Shown: positions 1-12,440 of the stretch, piece after piece
How the letters are laid out: each line of letters begins with the position of its first letter
How positions within the stretch are numbered: position 1 is the stretch's first letter
Origin: Lepidodermella squamata
Lineage: Eukaryota > Animalia > Gastrotricha
NCBI GenBank assembly: GCA_047495785.1
Contig: JBLDXI010000033.1
Coordinates: 1,984,001-2,048,000 of the forward strand
DNA: 64,000 bases
Reading direction: 5' to 3'
Made by a program: the position numbers and the translations under genes
Notes under the pieces: generated by a model
The model's database searches: none
The model's input: the letters and a program-made list of their open reading frames with translations, nothing else
What the model was told of the DNA's origin: nothing

Positions 1-1039
1 GAGGACACCCGAATGCCGCCTAACATTACAAAAATTAAAATAAATTGATCTGAAAATGCAGTCCTTACCTGTCGAGTTCTCGCTCAATATCGGCAATTTC
101 TTTCTTTAGTTTAACTTTAGCCTCTTGGATCTCAGCTAACCGAGCTTTCAAAGCTTCGCAGTCGTTCTTGGCCAACTGCACTGCTGCTGTGCTGTCTGAC
201 TTCATTTTTTCGGCATGGTAGTAACTGTAGGCAGCAACGACTCGATCAACATGCTCACGCTCGCGAGTAAGCTGTTGATACTCCAAATAAATTTGACGAT
301 CCTTCTCCATTTTTGACATTCGGGGCTCTAACTGCTCCTTGATCAACGATTCATCGTCCTGCAGCTTCTGCGTTTTCTTCGCAATTTCACGCTTCGCCTC
401 CTCTTTCTTGTCGTCATAAAGGCGCGTGCCTGCAGCCTCTTCGATGAGGGACAAAATTTCGGCAGGTTTCATATTCAAAACTTTGGTGATGCGTCCTTGC
501 ATGATCAGAAAATGGGGATTGTTAACGTTCAGCTGGACTGATCGGAACAAATCTTCGACGCGATTGTTGGTCGCATTCACACCATTGACCTTGTATTTGT
601 TCCGTCCACCAAGTACAATCTGATGAGTAGAATGCCAACGATAAAGGAGGCAAATAATACAGGTAACTTCTTACCTGACGAGAAACCGTAATTTCATCAG
701 CATGCTGATAACCCATTGGACTTTGCTCTTTGTCAGTGTTGTCGAACGTTACGCTGACAATCGCTTTATTGATACCAGCTTGGCCATTCTTGTAGATAAG
801 CTCTTGAAGGTTGGATACGCGTACCTAAAATTCACTTGAAATAGCGTTCAAAAAATTCTGGTTTATTTTACCTGAGTGAGGTTAGAAATTCCCAACACAA
901 AACAAATGGAGTCCAAAATATTAGATTTCCCACTTCCATTGAGACCGGTTATAGCATTGAATTGAGGATCAAAGCCGTGAATTTCGGTTCTACTTGCATA
1001 GGATTTGAAACCCTCTATTACTATCGATTTAACATACAT
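1..1039 (-). CDS. SMC2: Structural maintenance of chromosomes 2 (condensin), 5' part; runs off window start; multi-exon
   Basis: Exon 1 from ATG 1039 reads [50 protein letters not shown] (Walker A). Later exons give [17 protein letters not shown] and [25 protein letters not shown], which are SMC2 signatures. Short GT-AG introns. Confidence 0.97.
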
Positions 1040-3321
1040 CTGAAGTCAACAAAAATACAATTAAATTGATATACCATAAATATCAGATAAATAAAAATTA
1101 TTCACTGTCCGCATCAGAAACAGCGTTACATAAAACCCAAACCCAAGCATAATCAATCATTATACAGCAGTAACAAATAATAACTGTAGAATCATGGTAT
1201 ATTTCACAAAACGGCTGTTACATTAAACAATGTGTGCGTTCGATGCAAGGATGGTAAATTGTAAGAAAAAAATTGTGATCAGCAAAAACTATTTTTCCAT
1301 CATAGCTTGTACTTTGAATTCTGTGCCAGAGTCGACCATGACTCGCTCCCAGCTCTGAAGCGACTAATTCGCAGGTCGATGTTGTCGATCTATCCGATTT
1401 AATGCTCAAAAACTACGCGGCAATACTTAGTGTTCCCTATTTGTATTAGTTGTTTTCCATGAAAAAATATAATCATGGGCTCGATAATCGATGGTGGTAT
1501 TTGTCACTACCATAGTGAACACAGCGGTCGAATGGTAATGCAACCAGCACAGGGCACAGGGTGTGATACGTTGGTTCCAGTGAGGCAAGAGTTCAACGCC
1601 CGCGTCTGTGCAAGAAGACAGCGGTTGACCGAAGTCACTGAAAAAACACAATGTCAGCGAGCGCAGGTTACACGTGCGCAGTGGCCCATTGTCACTTCCC
1701 CCGCCTCAACGGTAGCACAAGGGAGAGTCGCGGAAAAAGTTAACAGAAAGATCCTTTTATGAAAATTACGTACGAGCCTTGAAAGTAAATGCAAATTACG
1801 ATCAGCGGGATTAGTACTCATAAAAGCCGAACGTACAACATCATTACATTAGGCTTCGTAACTACGAAAGAGTCGTCGAGGGTCAAGGGTCAAAGCGGTT
1901 AGGTAGTTGTTTTGGCGTGTCGCCAATGTCTCCACCCTCCACCGAAGCGACAACCCTACTATTTTCAATATTTGACGGTAGAAGACGAGAATGTAGAATT
2001 TGACTCTTAACTTCCTACTTCCCACGTTATCAATTGCCGGACAACGGTGACTATCGTTTGAAGATGGACTTTTCGTCTGCGGGACTATTGGTTGAAGATT
2101 TAAAAAATTTCATTTTCGCGGGGTTGCGAAGTCTCTTTATTTAGACATGTATTATTTAAGAATCTTTTGAACGTGCCTTAGTTAGATAATATTTGTAAAA
2201 GCATAATTTATTAATTTATGGCGGGAAATAAATTCAAATTGTTGCTGACGAGTTACTCGTTTCTCGTTGGATCAGGGAAGGTACCGCGTTAACCCTTCGA
2301 GCTCCGCTAGCCGCTAGCGACCAATGCAGATTCAGAGAGTAGAGAATAATTTAAGCAACTCAACTCACTTCTAAGAATGCACTAAACATGTAACCATTGT
2401 GATTTGTCAATCGTTAGCAGCGAACCCTGAACCCTGCCAAAGTGGTGGGAATTTTAGAGCCATACTACGCCATACTTCGATACGGCACCCTTCTGTCTGC
2501 TCCTAACTCTGAACATTTCTCAAATAACCAATAATATCTTTTGGGCGTTATGCATTAGGGCTTAAAATCCTGTTAGGAGGTAGGAAGAAGCTGTAGCGAG
2601 TGATGCTAATTTGAAGCAGAAAGAGCGTGGTGGTGGTGGTGGTGAAATATGCGGCTGATAAGTGATCACCCCTGAGGTTTTCATCTCTTATCTCTATCAT
2701 ATTAACCTTCTTAGGTTTACTGTTCATCATCAAATAATGTCTTGGAATACAATTCCTTCATTTCTGCAATAGGTAAGTTGGAGCCTGGAGCCCTACCTTG
2801 GAATAACTTGGAATAACTACACGCTACACATATCTGAAGTTAGCGGGCCAGTTTTATTCCGACCATTAAGCCCAACCACCAGTCCCAAACTTAACTCAAA
2901 CCTAGCCTGACAGATACCAAACCGCGTGAAAATAGTCACATCGATCTAATTCAATCAGCTTTCACAACTTGATAAGCTGTACCTTACCTTATTTTATCCC
3001 ACCGCTGATTCAATAACTTCTTAAATTCTTACTCAGTTAATTGTAGAAGTAATTTATAAATTACCTGCTTGAGGCTTTGTTTTAGCGTTCAGCGTAATTG
3101 AAGACTACATCAACCTATTGATGCTAACCCTTACTTAACCCAAAATTCTTAATCACTATTGCATGAAGCATGAAGCACATGTGTCATGTACGTAATTTCG
3201 GGTGAAATTGTTAAATGATTGGCGCAAAATTTCTCCCGAATTCAATCAAATTCACACATTCCTGCATTGTAAGCTTTTGACGGAATTTTATCTAGAAACT
3301 CGTTTTAAATATGCATTGAAA

Positions 3322-5790
3322 ATGTTCGCATCTGCTGGTTTGCTCCGCGTGGTTGCGTGCCCTTTTTATCAAGAAGGAGGTTGCACCAGGCCGCATTGCC
3401 TATTGGGCCATGTAGAATCACCATCCGATTCCGCACCTGATCGTAGTATTCCATCACCAATAGTGCCGTCAGCCTATGATGTCGACCCACAACGGAGCGA
3501 TGAATACGATCCTGCAGCCAACTTCGATATGGGGTTGCTACGTTCGACATCGCCTGCGTACGATAATCCAAGCTGCCGATACAGTGAACCTAATCACTTA
3601 CAATCAGCGCCTGCGTCAACAGCAAAAACTGACAAAAGTGCTGCTCACACTACTCAAGCTGTGCCGAAAACCGCAAGGGGCGGCGAGAAGCCAATAAGCC
3701 ATTACAGTCAAAATAATAACAATAGTCATAAGAATCCCGAATCTGAGTCGAAAAAGAGCAAAAGTTCCGTGGAGACTGTGTTAGAACCGCCACCTTCAAA
3801 GCTTGGGAAAAGTTCTTCCACTAAAAGCAAAGCCTCCTCTGCAGCATCCGGCTCTTTTTCTGCAACTCAAATATTGGAAAAATTCGATGAACTGCCGAAA
3901 AAGCTGTCACCTGTATTTGATACTGAAGAGAAGTCGAGCGGTAAAGCTGTTAAATCTGCTGGATCTGTCAAAGTTGTCTCTCCAGTAATTGATTTGACGG
4001 CTGATTGCCAGGTGAAGGAAGAGAAGCAACAAAATTCTGTTAAATTGCCGACAACGCGATTAGTCGAAATGGCTGAAGAACGCCGAAAACGGAAATTAAT
4101 ACCTCCGACGGAAGTTGCTGCTGCTAGGATGAGGGAACTTGAGCAGAAGAGTGCCCAAAAGCCGGCCCCTGCTAACCAGCAGCAATTCAGACCTCATACA
4201 AGCGGTGAAGGTGGCCGAGTCGCGCATGCCCCCAAAGGCATAAATCCAGCAACAGTTCGAGGGAAGCCTCGAATTCCGATCGAATACAACGCCAAGGTTC
4301 CGACTTCGATTCGCCAGAGCTTCCTTGATAAACTAGTCGATGAATTACTCAAGTCTGGTGCCGGAAACACTGATCATTGTTTCACCGAAGCTCTCCGTCA
4401 CGAGAAAGAGGCATATACCAGAAGTAGTAACGACAAAGTCTACCGACAGGTGGTTGCTAATGTTATGGTGAAAATTCGCCGAGAATTAGGATCAGCAAGC
4501 ACTGTCTCCCCGCCTAAGAAGGCTGCCGTTTCTCATACAGCTATGCTTTTGCCGGCGGGGGCACACACGGTTGGCATTGGAGCTGCGAAAACGTCCCCCG
4601 GTAAACCTGCGGCAGGCGGATCACAAGGTCTGTCGAAATCTCAACTATACCGCCTCCTATCCAAATACGTCATGTCGTAAGTTTATTGGTAATATCAGTT
4701 GATGTTGTATCCTATCAATTGGAATATAGGGAGGAACAGCTGAAAGCCAACGGCTATCCAGTATTGGTCTTTCAGGATGACGGGACTGAAGTTGTGACGA
4801 TTAAACCACCTGACAAGCGGGTAACTCAGCGTCAGAACAGTTTGACCCCGGTTCAAATCGCCAATGGCGAGCGAGAATGCGCGAGATGTCAGAAACGATT
4901 TCGAATAAACCCAGAAACGGGCGCATTCATTCAACGCGAAGAGTGCCAATATCATTCTGGGCGAGTTCAAAAAGTTCGCACCCACGCGAGACACCTCGAA
5001 CAAGTGTACAGTTGTTGCCAAGCATCCACAAGCGGCAGTGTTGGCTGTAAAATCGGGGCAACTCACGTGCATGAACACAACCGGGTGAATGACGTTGAAG
5101 GTTACGTAGCCACGCAAGAAGATAGCAACAATCCTGGAATTTTCGCTATTGACTGCGAAATGGTGTACACTTTGAAAGGAGTGGAACTCGCGAGAGTTAC
5201 GGTAATCGACTACAATCTGAAGCAAATCTTCGACGCTCTAGTCAGGCCTGAAGCTGAGGTAACTCAGGACTTGATAGATATTGCATTTCGCAAATCATCT
5301 CATTTTTCCAGGTTCTCGATTACAATACTGAATTCAGTGGCTTGCAAAAATGTGACTTCGAAAACGTCACCGATCGATTAGCTGATGTGCAGCGGAAGTT
5401 GTTGGCGATGATCAATGAAAGGTCGATTCTAGTCGGTCATAGTTTGGAATCAGATTTGATAGCACTGAAAATGCTTCACAAAAACGTCGTCGATACCGCA
5501 ATCGTATTTCCTCACCCTATGGGTCCACCTTATAAGAAAGCGCTTAGAGTGAGTTTTTAGCTCAAATTTCGTTAAAATCTAATGATTTCTTGATTTAGAC
5601 TTTGGTATGTGACATTCTTCGAAAAGCCATTCAACAAGATCTTGGAGGGCATGACAGCTTCGAAGACGCTGCATCTGCAATGGAATTGATGCTGTTTAAG
5701 GCGAAGTCCGATCATCAAACTGCGTCTTCAGTTCCAACGTCGGCGATTGCAGACCGAGCGGGGACGCATCGCAGGAATAGCAATTTTTAG
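3322..5790 (+). CDS. REXO1: RNA exonuclease 1 homolog (CCCH finger + DEDDh exonuclease), 4 exons
   Basis: N-terminal CPFYQEGGCTRPHCLLGH; KVPTSIRQSFLD region; C-terminal AIDCEM...GHSLESDL...HDSFEDA DEDDh motifs spread over ORFs 4686, 5342 and 5602 joined by ~50-bp introns. Confidence 0.93.
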
Positions 5791-7100
5791 TCCCGAATGA
5801 TACCAGTGATAGGCCGGTCATGCGCGAATTCGGATTTTGTTGATCATCTGTACTTTCTGCCAGCAATGTATCGATGATGAATATATATCTAAAATGCCGC
5901 TTACGTAGTTTTTCATCTTTTTATCTTGCCTCTACTCAGCGTGACCGCTGTTTGATCATTCTTTCATTGTTCGTGGAAAAGGATCCTATTTTGTAGCATT
6001 TACGAACGAGAGATGAATAAAACTTGAAGTTTGATTCCATGGCGTTTCTCTTGAATACGTGATTGAATAATCATTTAACCGATTCAGATGGTTTAACTAA
6101 AGAAACAGCCCAATAAAAATAGTGCCAATTGCCAACAGAACTGTTTTTTTTGAGCTAGGAATATTTCAAGGTTTTCTCCCGATAATTTATCGCTAAGAAA
6201 TGGCGGTGAGAGTGAAGAAAATTAGCTACCGCATATGAAATCAATTTTCAGTGATTTTTTGCGCCCTGATGAAGTTGCCTTCGATTTCGGGCCTTCCTTC
6301 TTATACACATCGAAAAGCCATGCAAAGCATGCATAGAAAGCCCTCATATCCTGGAATCTGCTTACAAAAGGCCGTGTAATTCTGTGCATGCTTCAAAGAG
6401 TGGGCTCGTGGGTAAACTCCTCCACATTCTGTTGAAAATGATGAGTAATCGCGAGATCGCATGATTTAGCATTAGATGGCAACTGAATTTCGCCCCGGCC
6501 CTTGCACCATTCCACCTTTCATGGGTCCTGCATTATTCCGATATTTCGACGTGGTCTAAAATCGTATTCCCTAATTGTGAGTGACCGCGACTAAGAATGA
6601 GGAAATGATCTGGCGCTTTTGATTCTATTTTTTTGCGTATAAACAACCAAGCACATCGTAAAAAAAGTCGACCGATGAAAATATTGCCAAACAGATGTAA
6701 AGGCGTGCCAGTAAGTAGGGACGCAATATTCCAAGGGGTAACCTCCATAGAAAAGTGCTCTGTAAACATCAATATTCCCAGCCATGCGCCCATGAGAGTT
6801 GTAATAGGCATGTAATGAAGTAAGGGTGCCAGCACTAGAGCCGCTGCTGGCTGTTACTTTGGCGTACCTCGCATTTTAGTTATACCTTGTATGAAACAGC
6901 ATAACCTTCTCAGGAACTTGAGGCAAAAACGTGCGTGGTAGTATTCTTTCTACGCGATGCGTGCTGTAAACATAAGATACAACACTGCACGGTGAATAAT
7001 GTCGCCAATGAAAGGAAAAGTTTGCTACGACTAACAAAACAAGGTAGAAAGGTATATGCACGTCTCCTACATTTTTACATTTGGCTGGGAAAAAACAAAA

Positions 7101-8074
7101 ATGCTGACGTTGGCAAGTTCTAGTTGCACATCCTTTTATGTTTACAATATGTTAATTAACTCATTTAGGTAATATCTGTGACATTTCTCGCTACCTGCTT
7201 GGTCAATGCTGAGCAGCCGGCTTTCTGCGCTCAGAGGGCGGAGACCGGCATGTGCAGAGCTTATATCGAACGCTATTTTTGGAGCGCAGATGAGGGAAAA
7301 TGCGTTAAATTCGTCTGGGGGGTGAGTCCAATAAAACATCATTTCCCAATGGCGAACATTCAGTTTTCGTTAATAGGGCTGCGGTGGAAATGAAAATAAT
7401 TTCATGTCGTGAGTAAATTTGCCTAGCTTGCCATATAAAGCTAAATTCAAATTTTAGGGCGGAGAATTGCACCACCACGTGTTCACCCAGTGCTGGTGAC
7501 GTACCTGTTAAAGCTAATCCAAGTAAGAATTAGGCCATACGTTGGAAAAATATCCCAAACTTTGTCTTGCAATGCAGCCACTCCTCCTCCCACGCCTGCT
7601 GCAGGACTCGGTAAATTTCAAAGATCGCATTGAATACGTGACATAAGCAATTCAATTTTCAGCCGCGATGTGTTATCTTGAGTCCGATGGCGGAAACTGT
7701 GCTAATAACGCCAACGGCATGTTCGTGAAGTATTTCTTCAATTCGAAAATTAATGATTGCCAAGTTTTCACATGGTCGGGCTGCAATGGTAGGAAATGAA
7801 GAGGCCTCCTCGCAATCTTTCTATCTAATATATTTTAGGCAATGACAATCGTTTCGATGACCTCAAAACCTGCAAGGAAATGTGCAAATCTGCAGCGAAT
7901 CCTGTAAAACCTCAGAACGAAGCTCGTGTTTTGGAGCTCACATCTACGACAGCGAAGCCGAGAACAAGGAAGCCGCCGACTGATGTCAGCGATGACGCCG
8001 ATAACAGCTCGTCAGCTATCGTTGCGACGCTTACTCTCGCCATCTCAGCAGCTGCTGCATTTTTCATTCTTTGA
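7101..8074 (+). CDS. Secreted/GPI-anchored protein with two Kunitz (BPTI) domains
   Basis: Signal peptide MLTL|VISVTFLATCLVNA (GC-AG intron 7113-7168). Kunitz 1: FCAQRAETGMCRAYIERYFW...CVKFVWG|GCGGNENNF. Kunitz 2: CYLESDGGNC...KYFFNSKINDCQVFTWSGCNGNDNRF. Hydrophobic C-terminus NSSSAIVATLTLAISAAAAFFIL. Confidence 0.85.
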
Positions 8075-8473
8075 ACGTCTGAGTAATTTCCAGCATTAAT
8101 TCGAGTATCCTATTCTATCAGGGATTCTTATAATGTGATCGCTTGGCAATTAAAAACTCAATAAATTTACAATATAAGTTGGTCATCAGCTCTTTATTTT
8201 AAGAATCACGGTATAAGAATAATCACATTGAAGTATTTACAATAGATTCACAGATTCTCGGTCACCGGAGTTTGGCACGAATAGATATAAGTTGGTTAAT
8301 ATTTGATTTCGAGTATAGCAACAACAACATCGTTTGAGCAAGTTTACATTAATTTTCAATACAAATTCCGATATTATCGCCAACAAATAAGGTTAAAAAA
8401 TGAGTCGAGATATTTTTGGATAATGAAGTCATGTAAAAACGAGGTTACAGGCCAGATTATACAAAGACTCGAG

Positions 8474-11400
8474 TTAAATAATTCCATTTCCTTTCTTTAA
8501 ATTCTGGAGCAGTTCCGAAGCCATGCGATGCACACGGCCTGGATCACGCGAGTAGTTTGAGGTAGCAATTTCTTCTTCCAAGATAGAACGCACATGTTCA
8601 ACAATTTTCCGGCGCATTTCTTCGTCGTTCTCTCCATCTATAATTCTGTTTAGCTGAGCGAAATCTTCTCGCAGCTGATTCATCTGCTGGGTTTTCACTT
8701 TAAATTCGGCAGCGAGCAGATCGGCGTCCTGAATCTCCTCAATGCATTTGCGCATGGTGGCTCGAATCGTGGTCATTTTTTCGGCCATTCGATTAGTCAA
8801 CTCGGTAACATCATCAATATGGTTGAAGGCTCCTTTCATCACATTGCAGCTGTAAATAAACAAAGCTAGTGAATGTGAGAATTAAAACAAGAGAATTTAC
8901 CACAACGCAACCATTTTCCTATCGGATGAACTGGGCGCGGCATGTTGGTCCTGTTCAACTCGATTGAGTTTGGTTTGGCTTTCGGGATAAGATTCTGACC
9001 ATGAACCAATCGACTGAAAAGAAAAAAGCAGTAAATATACATTGGGTTCGTTCATTTTTCCATAAAAATTCGGATTCAAACGGACTATTCAGGGTTAATT
9101 TTCTAGACTAGATCAGTAAATTAATTACGTGATTTCGAACTGATCGCATACATTGCAGTAATAATATTCTGATGGCAACTTACTGTAGCGCGAACGTTAA
9201 CTTTTGCTTCCTTCTCCTTTTTAGAACTTGAATTGGTGGATGGAGTAGGCGTTTTCTTCGGCGGTTCTTGGACGGCCGTGGTTCGCTTGACCACCGGTGC
9301 TTCGGTTCGATCCAACACAGGGGTCGGAGTTTTGTTGCTCGGCTTGTTCGCAGCAGAATTTTCGACAATCTCATGATCAGCAGACATTTCGTAAGGAGGC
9401 GGGGCTACGTTATCGTCAGGCTGGAAATAGTCGTTGAACGTGTTGTCTCGTGCTCGCTCGACAGATTGCGGCGAGGCAAGTTCGGTTTCGCTGATTCGTC
9501 GCGCGCTGGCAGGTTCTGTGAGATTCGAATTTGCCACTTTCAACCCGATAGGTTTCCCGTACTTTTTAGCCACCAAACGACCCTGGTTGTCGATGATACC
9601 GTCTTCGATGACCAAGGACGGCAGACTTTCATCTACAGCTGGGAACATTTGCTCAACCTGCTGACCCAACGAAACACTACCCTTCTGGTTTTGTTTCCCC
9701 CTCGCGCGAGGAGCAGTCTGTTTCTTACTAGTCGTAGCAGCTTTTCGCTGTTTCTTCCCACCTGAAGTAGCAACGGCTTTTGGCGAGGTGACAATATCGA
9801 TATCATCGAACAATGTGAGACTTTGGCGGGCAGGCGGGTTGTGGACGAAGTCGAAAATGGAGCAACGTGATTCATCATCCTCATCCCTAGAGATTTTCTT
9901 GCGAATCTCAGCTTCAATTACGACTTTACGTTTGGGTTGCTTGCGGGCCGGGGGACTTTCAGTTCTCACCGCTAATTCCGAAGTTTCGTTTTCGTCCAAT
10001 TCTGAAGTCCGAGATAAATTGCGCCGAGCTTGCGTTTTCTGTCTGGACGAACCGGCAGCTTTATCATCGCTCTCCGTCACAGCTTTTGCCGGCTTTTTTG
10101 TCGGATTTTTCGGAAGAGCCGGGGTTACGGTGATTGTCTTCGCTTTCGGCCGTCCGCGGCCTTTTTTCACAGGCTGCTCGCCAAGAGAATCGCAAATTTC
10201 TCGCTCGACAGGTTCGACGTGACTGGCCGTAATTTCAGCCGAATTGTTGACCTCCAGGATCGGAGATGGTGGTCGAAATGCGACAGATTTACGAGTCGAG
10301 CTGTTGATTTTACGTGTGTAATCAGCAGCACTGTAAACCGATGACGTTATTTCAGGCAGATCTGGTTCCAAATTGGCGGCGTTAGCGTTGTTGACGTCCT
10401 CCGAATCCTGAGAAGAAAAGAAAAACAATTAGTCGGAGAGCTCAGGGGACATAGGTTGATGGTTACCTTTTCAACGGGCGATGTGGAGAAGACACTTTCA
10501 AGGGATCTTCTGGTCTCTTCGCTAATCGACCCATTCCAGGCATTCTTCTTTGACGAGCTTTTCGGAGGGTTCGGAGCAGGGACTTTGAACTCAGGTTCCT
10601 TTTTCTTTTGCTCCCGTTCGACAACCGGTGACGGCTCAATTGGAGTTCCGTTTGATTTTTGAGATGAGAAGACAATATCTTCATTTATGGCATGACCGAT
10701 CGCAAAACTCGTTGAACTAGCTCGGGGTCGCGTTTTCTCGCCTTGCGACTGTGAAAGTTCAGTCCATGAAGATGACTTTGTTCGCTTTGATGGCGATACG
10801 TTGACAAAAGTTTCACGCGGATAAATGCTTTTTAGAGCATCAACAAACGCCTTAAGCTCTGATTCCTTGTCAAAGGTAACAGTCATCTCAAATGAGCCAT
10901 TTCGATGCGATTTAAAGTTAGAAAGCGATTGAATTGCAGGTAACTTCAATAGCCAAAGTGTCACAGTAAGCGACCGAGAAGAGCCAACGACTTCATGAAC
11001 AGTGGTTTTTAAATAAAATAAAATTGGAAATATTTTCCATACCTGATTCACCGCAAACCTCGACGCGGCAGATTAACTGCGGTGAGAATTTGGCGAACTC
11101 GACCGTAGCACTTTCGCCCATTACTAGAATCGACAGTCGTCTCGTCAAAGAGTTGACGTCAACCCACGCTCCAGCGTCGTGAGCTGGAACTGGCAACTTT
11201 TCCGAATTCACTTTCACGCCAACAACCGAATAGGACTTGATCAAATTGCTTCCGATGCGGCTATTCGCCACGCGAGTGAATTCGACGCTCGAAAGGAACT
11301 TTTCTTCGTAGGAAGAAGCCTTAAATGTTTTTCCGTACAGTTCGATAAGTGTTTCCACTGTTTTCTGATTCGAACGCTTTGAAAGAATGCGGGACATGAC

Positions 11401-12328
11401 GTCCTTGCAATCTAGTTGGTCGCCAATGTATGAAGACACCAGAATGATGGCCGACTGGAAACTGAGATCCCCAATGTCAAACATATTCTCCAAAACAAGC
11501 GGTCTAATAAAACGTATAATTCCTCAGTATAAAAAATACAACGATCACTTACAGCTGAACATCTGATCGAGATCGAAATTTCTCAGCCAGGCTATTCTTG
11601 TTTGGTTGACGATCCCAGTAAGGCATGAAGAATGCGAGTGATTCGAATGAAGCACTGATGGGCTCTAATAAGCAAGTTAAGTGTGAATCCGTCGCGTAGT
11701 GAGCTAAAAACTCCAAAACTCGGGAGAAATGGATCAGGGCGTTAACTCCAACACCTAAAACAAACACGGTTGAAGCTCAAGAAATCGTCCAGCCATTTCT
11801 GATCTCACCTGACTGAAAATCAATTACGGCTCTGAGGAAGCCTAGAAACCCGAGCCAAGCGTCACCAACGTTTTTGTTTTCTGAAGCGTCGATTCTCAGC
11901 AATTCTCCTAACATGACGTTGAGCTAAAACGCGACGAATAATAATTATTTCAAAAATAATATGCGGAATTTACCGCCGAAACCAAGCGGCTAGTGAACAA
12001 AAGAGGAAAGGCTGCGACTGAATCGTTGTTTTCAGCCATAATCATGGCAGATGAAATGACCGAAAAGAAGCGCCTGATAAACGTGTCTTCATCTTCTTTC
12101 ATCGACTTTCTCGCATCGACCGCTTTATGAATCAATCGGACAAATTTTTCAGCCGCAGCTTTGTCCAATTTATCCCGCCACGAATCGAATGAAGTTGAAT
12201 TTTTCTCTGTTAAAATCAGCTCGATTGCATCTTCACTTTCAACAGCAGCGGCAAACAATTCCTAGAAATATTCTTTTGATTGTACTACAACGGAGACGCA
12301 CATGTTCGATTACCTTCAAAGGCTTCAT
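8474..12328 (-). CDS. SYCP2-like meiotic chromosome-axis core protein (ARM-like + Spt16M/PH-like N-terminus, disordered middle, C-terminal coiled coil), multi-exon
   Basis: ENMFDIGDLSFQSAII resembles SYCP2 xILDAGDYDLQVAI; KLPVPAHDAGAWVDVNSLTRRLSILV resembles SYCP2 [27 protein letters not shown]. Long K/S/T/P-rich disordered region and terminal heptad region (8474-8863). First exon MKPLK from ATG 12328. Confidence 0.65.
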
Positions 12329-12440
12329 GATCTTTCGGTCTGTCAAAAATTATGTACGGCGCCTCCTAAGCGAAATTAAACCAATTATGTTAAAGCGATA
12401 ACAATTCTCATTTTATTATTCGTTTTGCACAATTTAAGCT

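Noticed and set aside
1475-1762. 95-aa ORF between SMC2 and REXO1
   Set aside because: No homology or domain signal recognisable.
6533-6835. 100-aa hydrophobic ORF
   Set aside because: No recognisable family, no convincing splice context, and a non-ATG start.
9268-10344. Long antisense ORFs over the SYCP2-like gene (similar ones overlie DDX56, the LINE and EIF2B3)
   Set aside because: Shadow ORFs expected opposite real coding sequence; no independent motifs.
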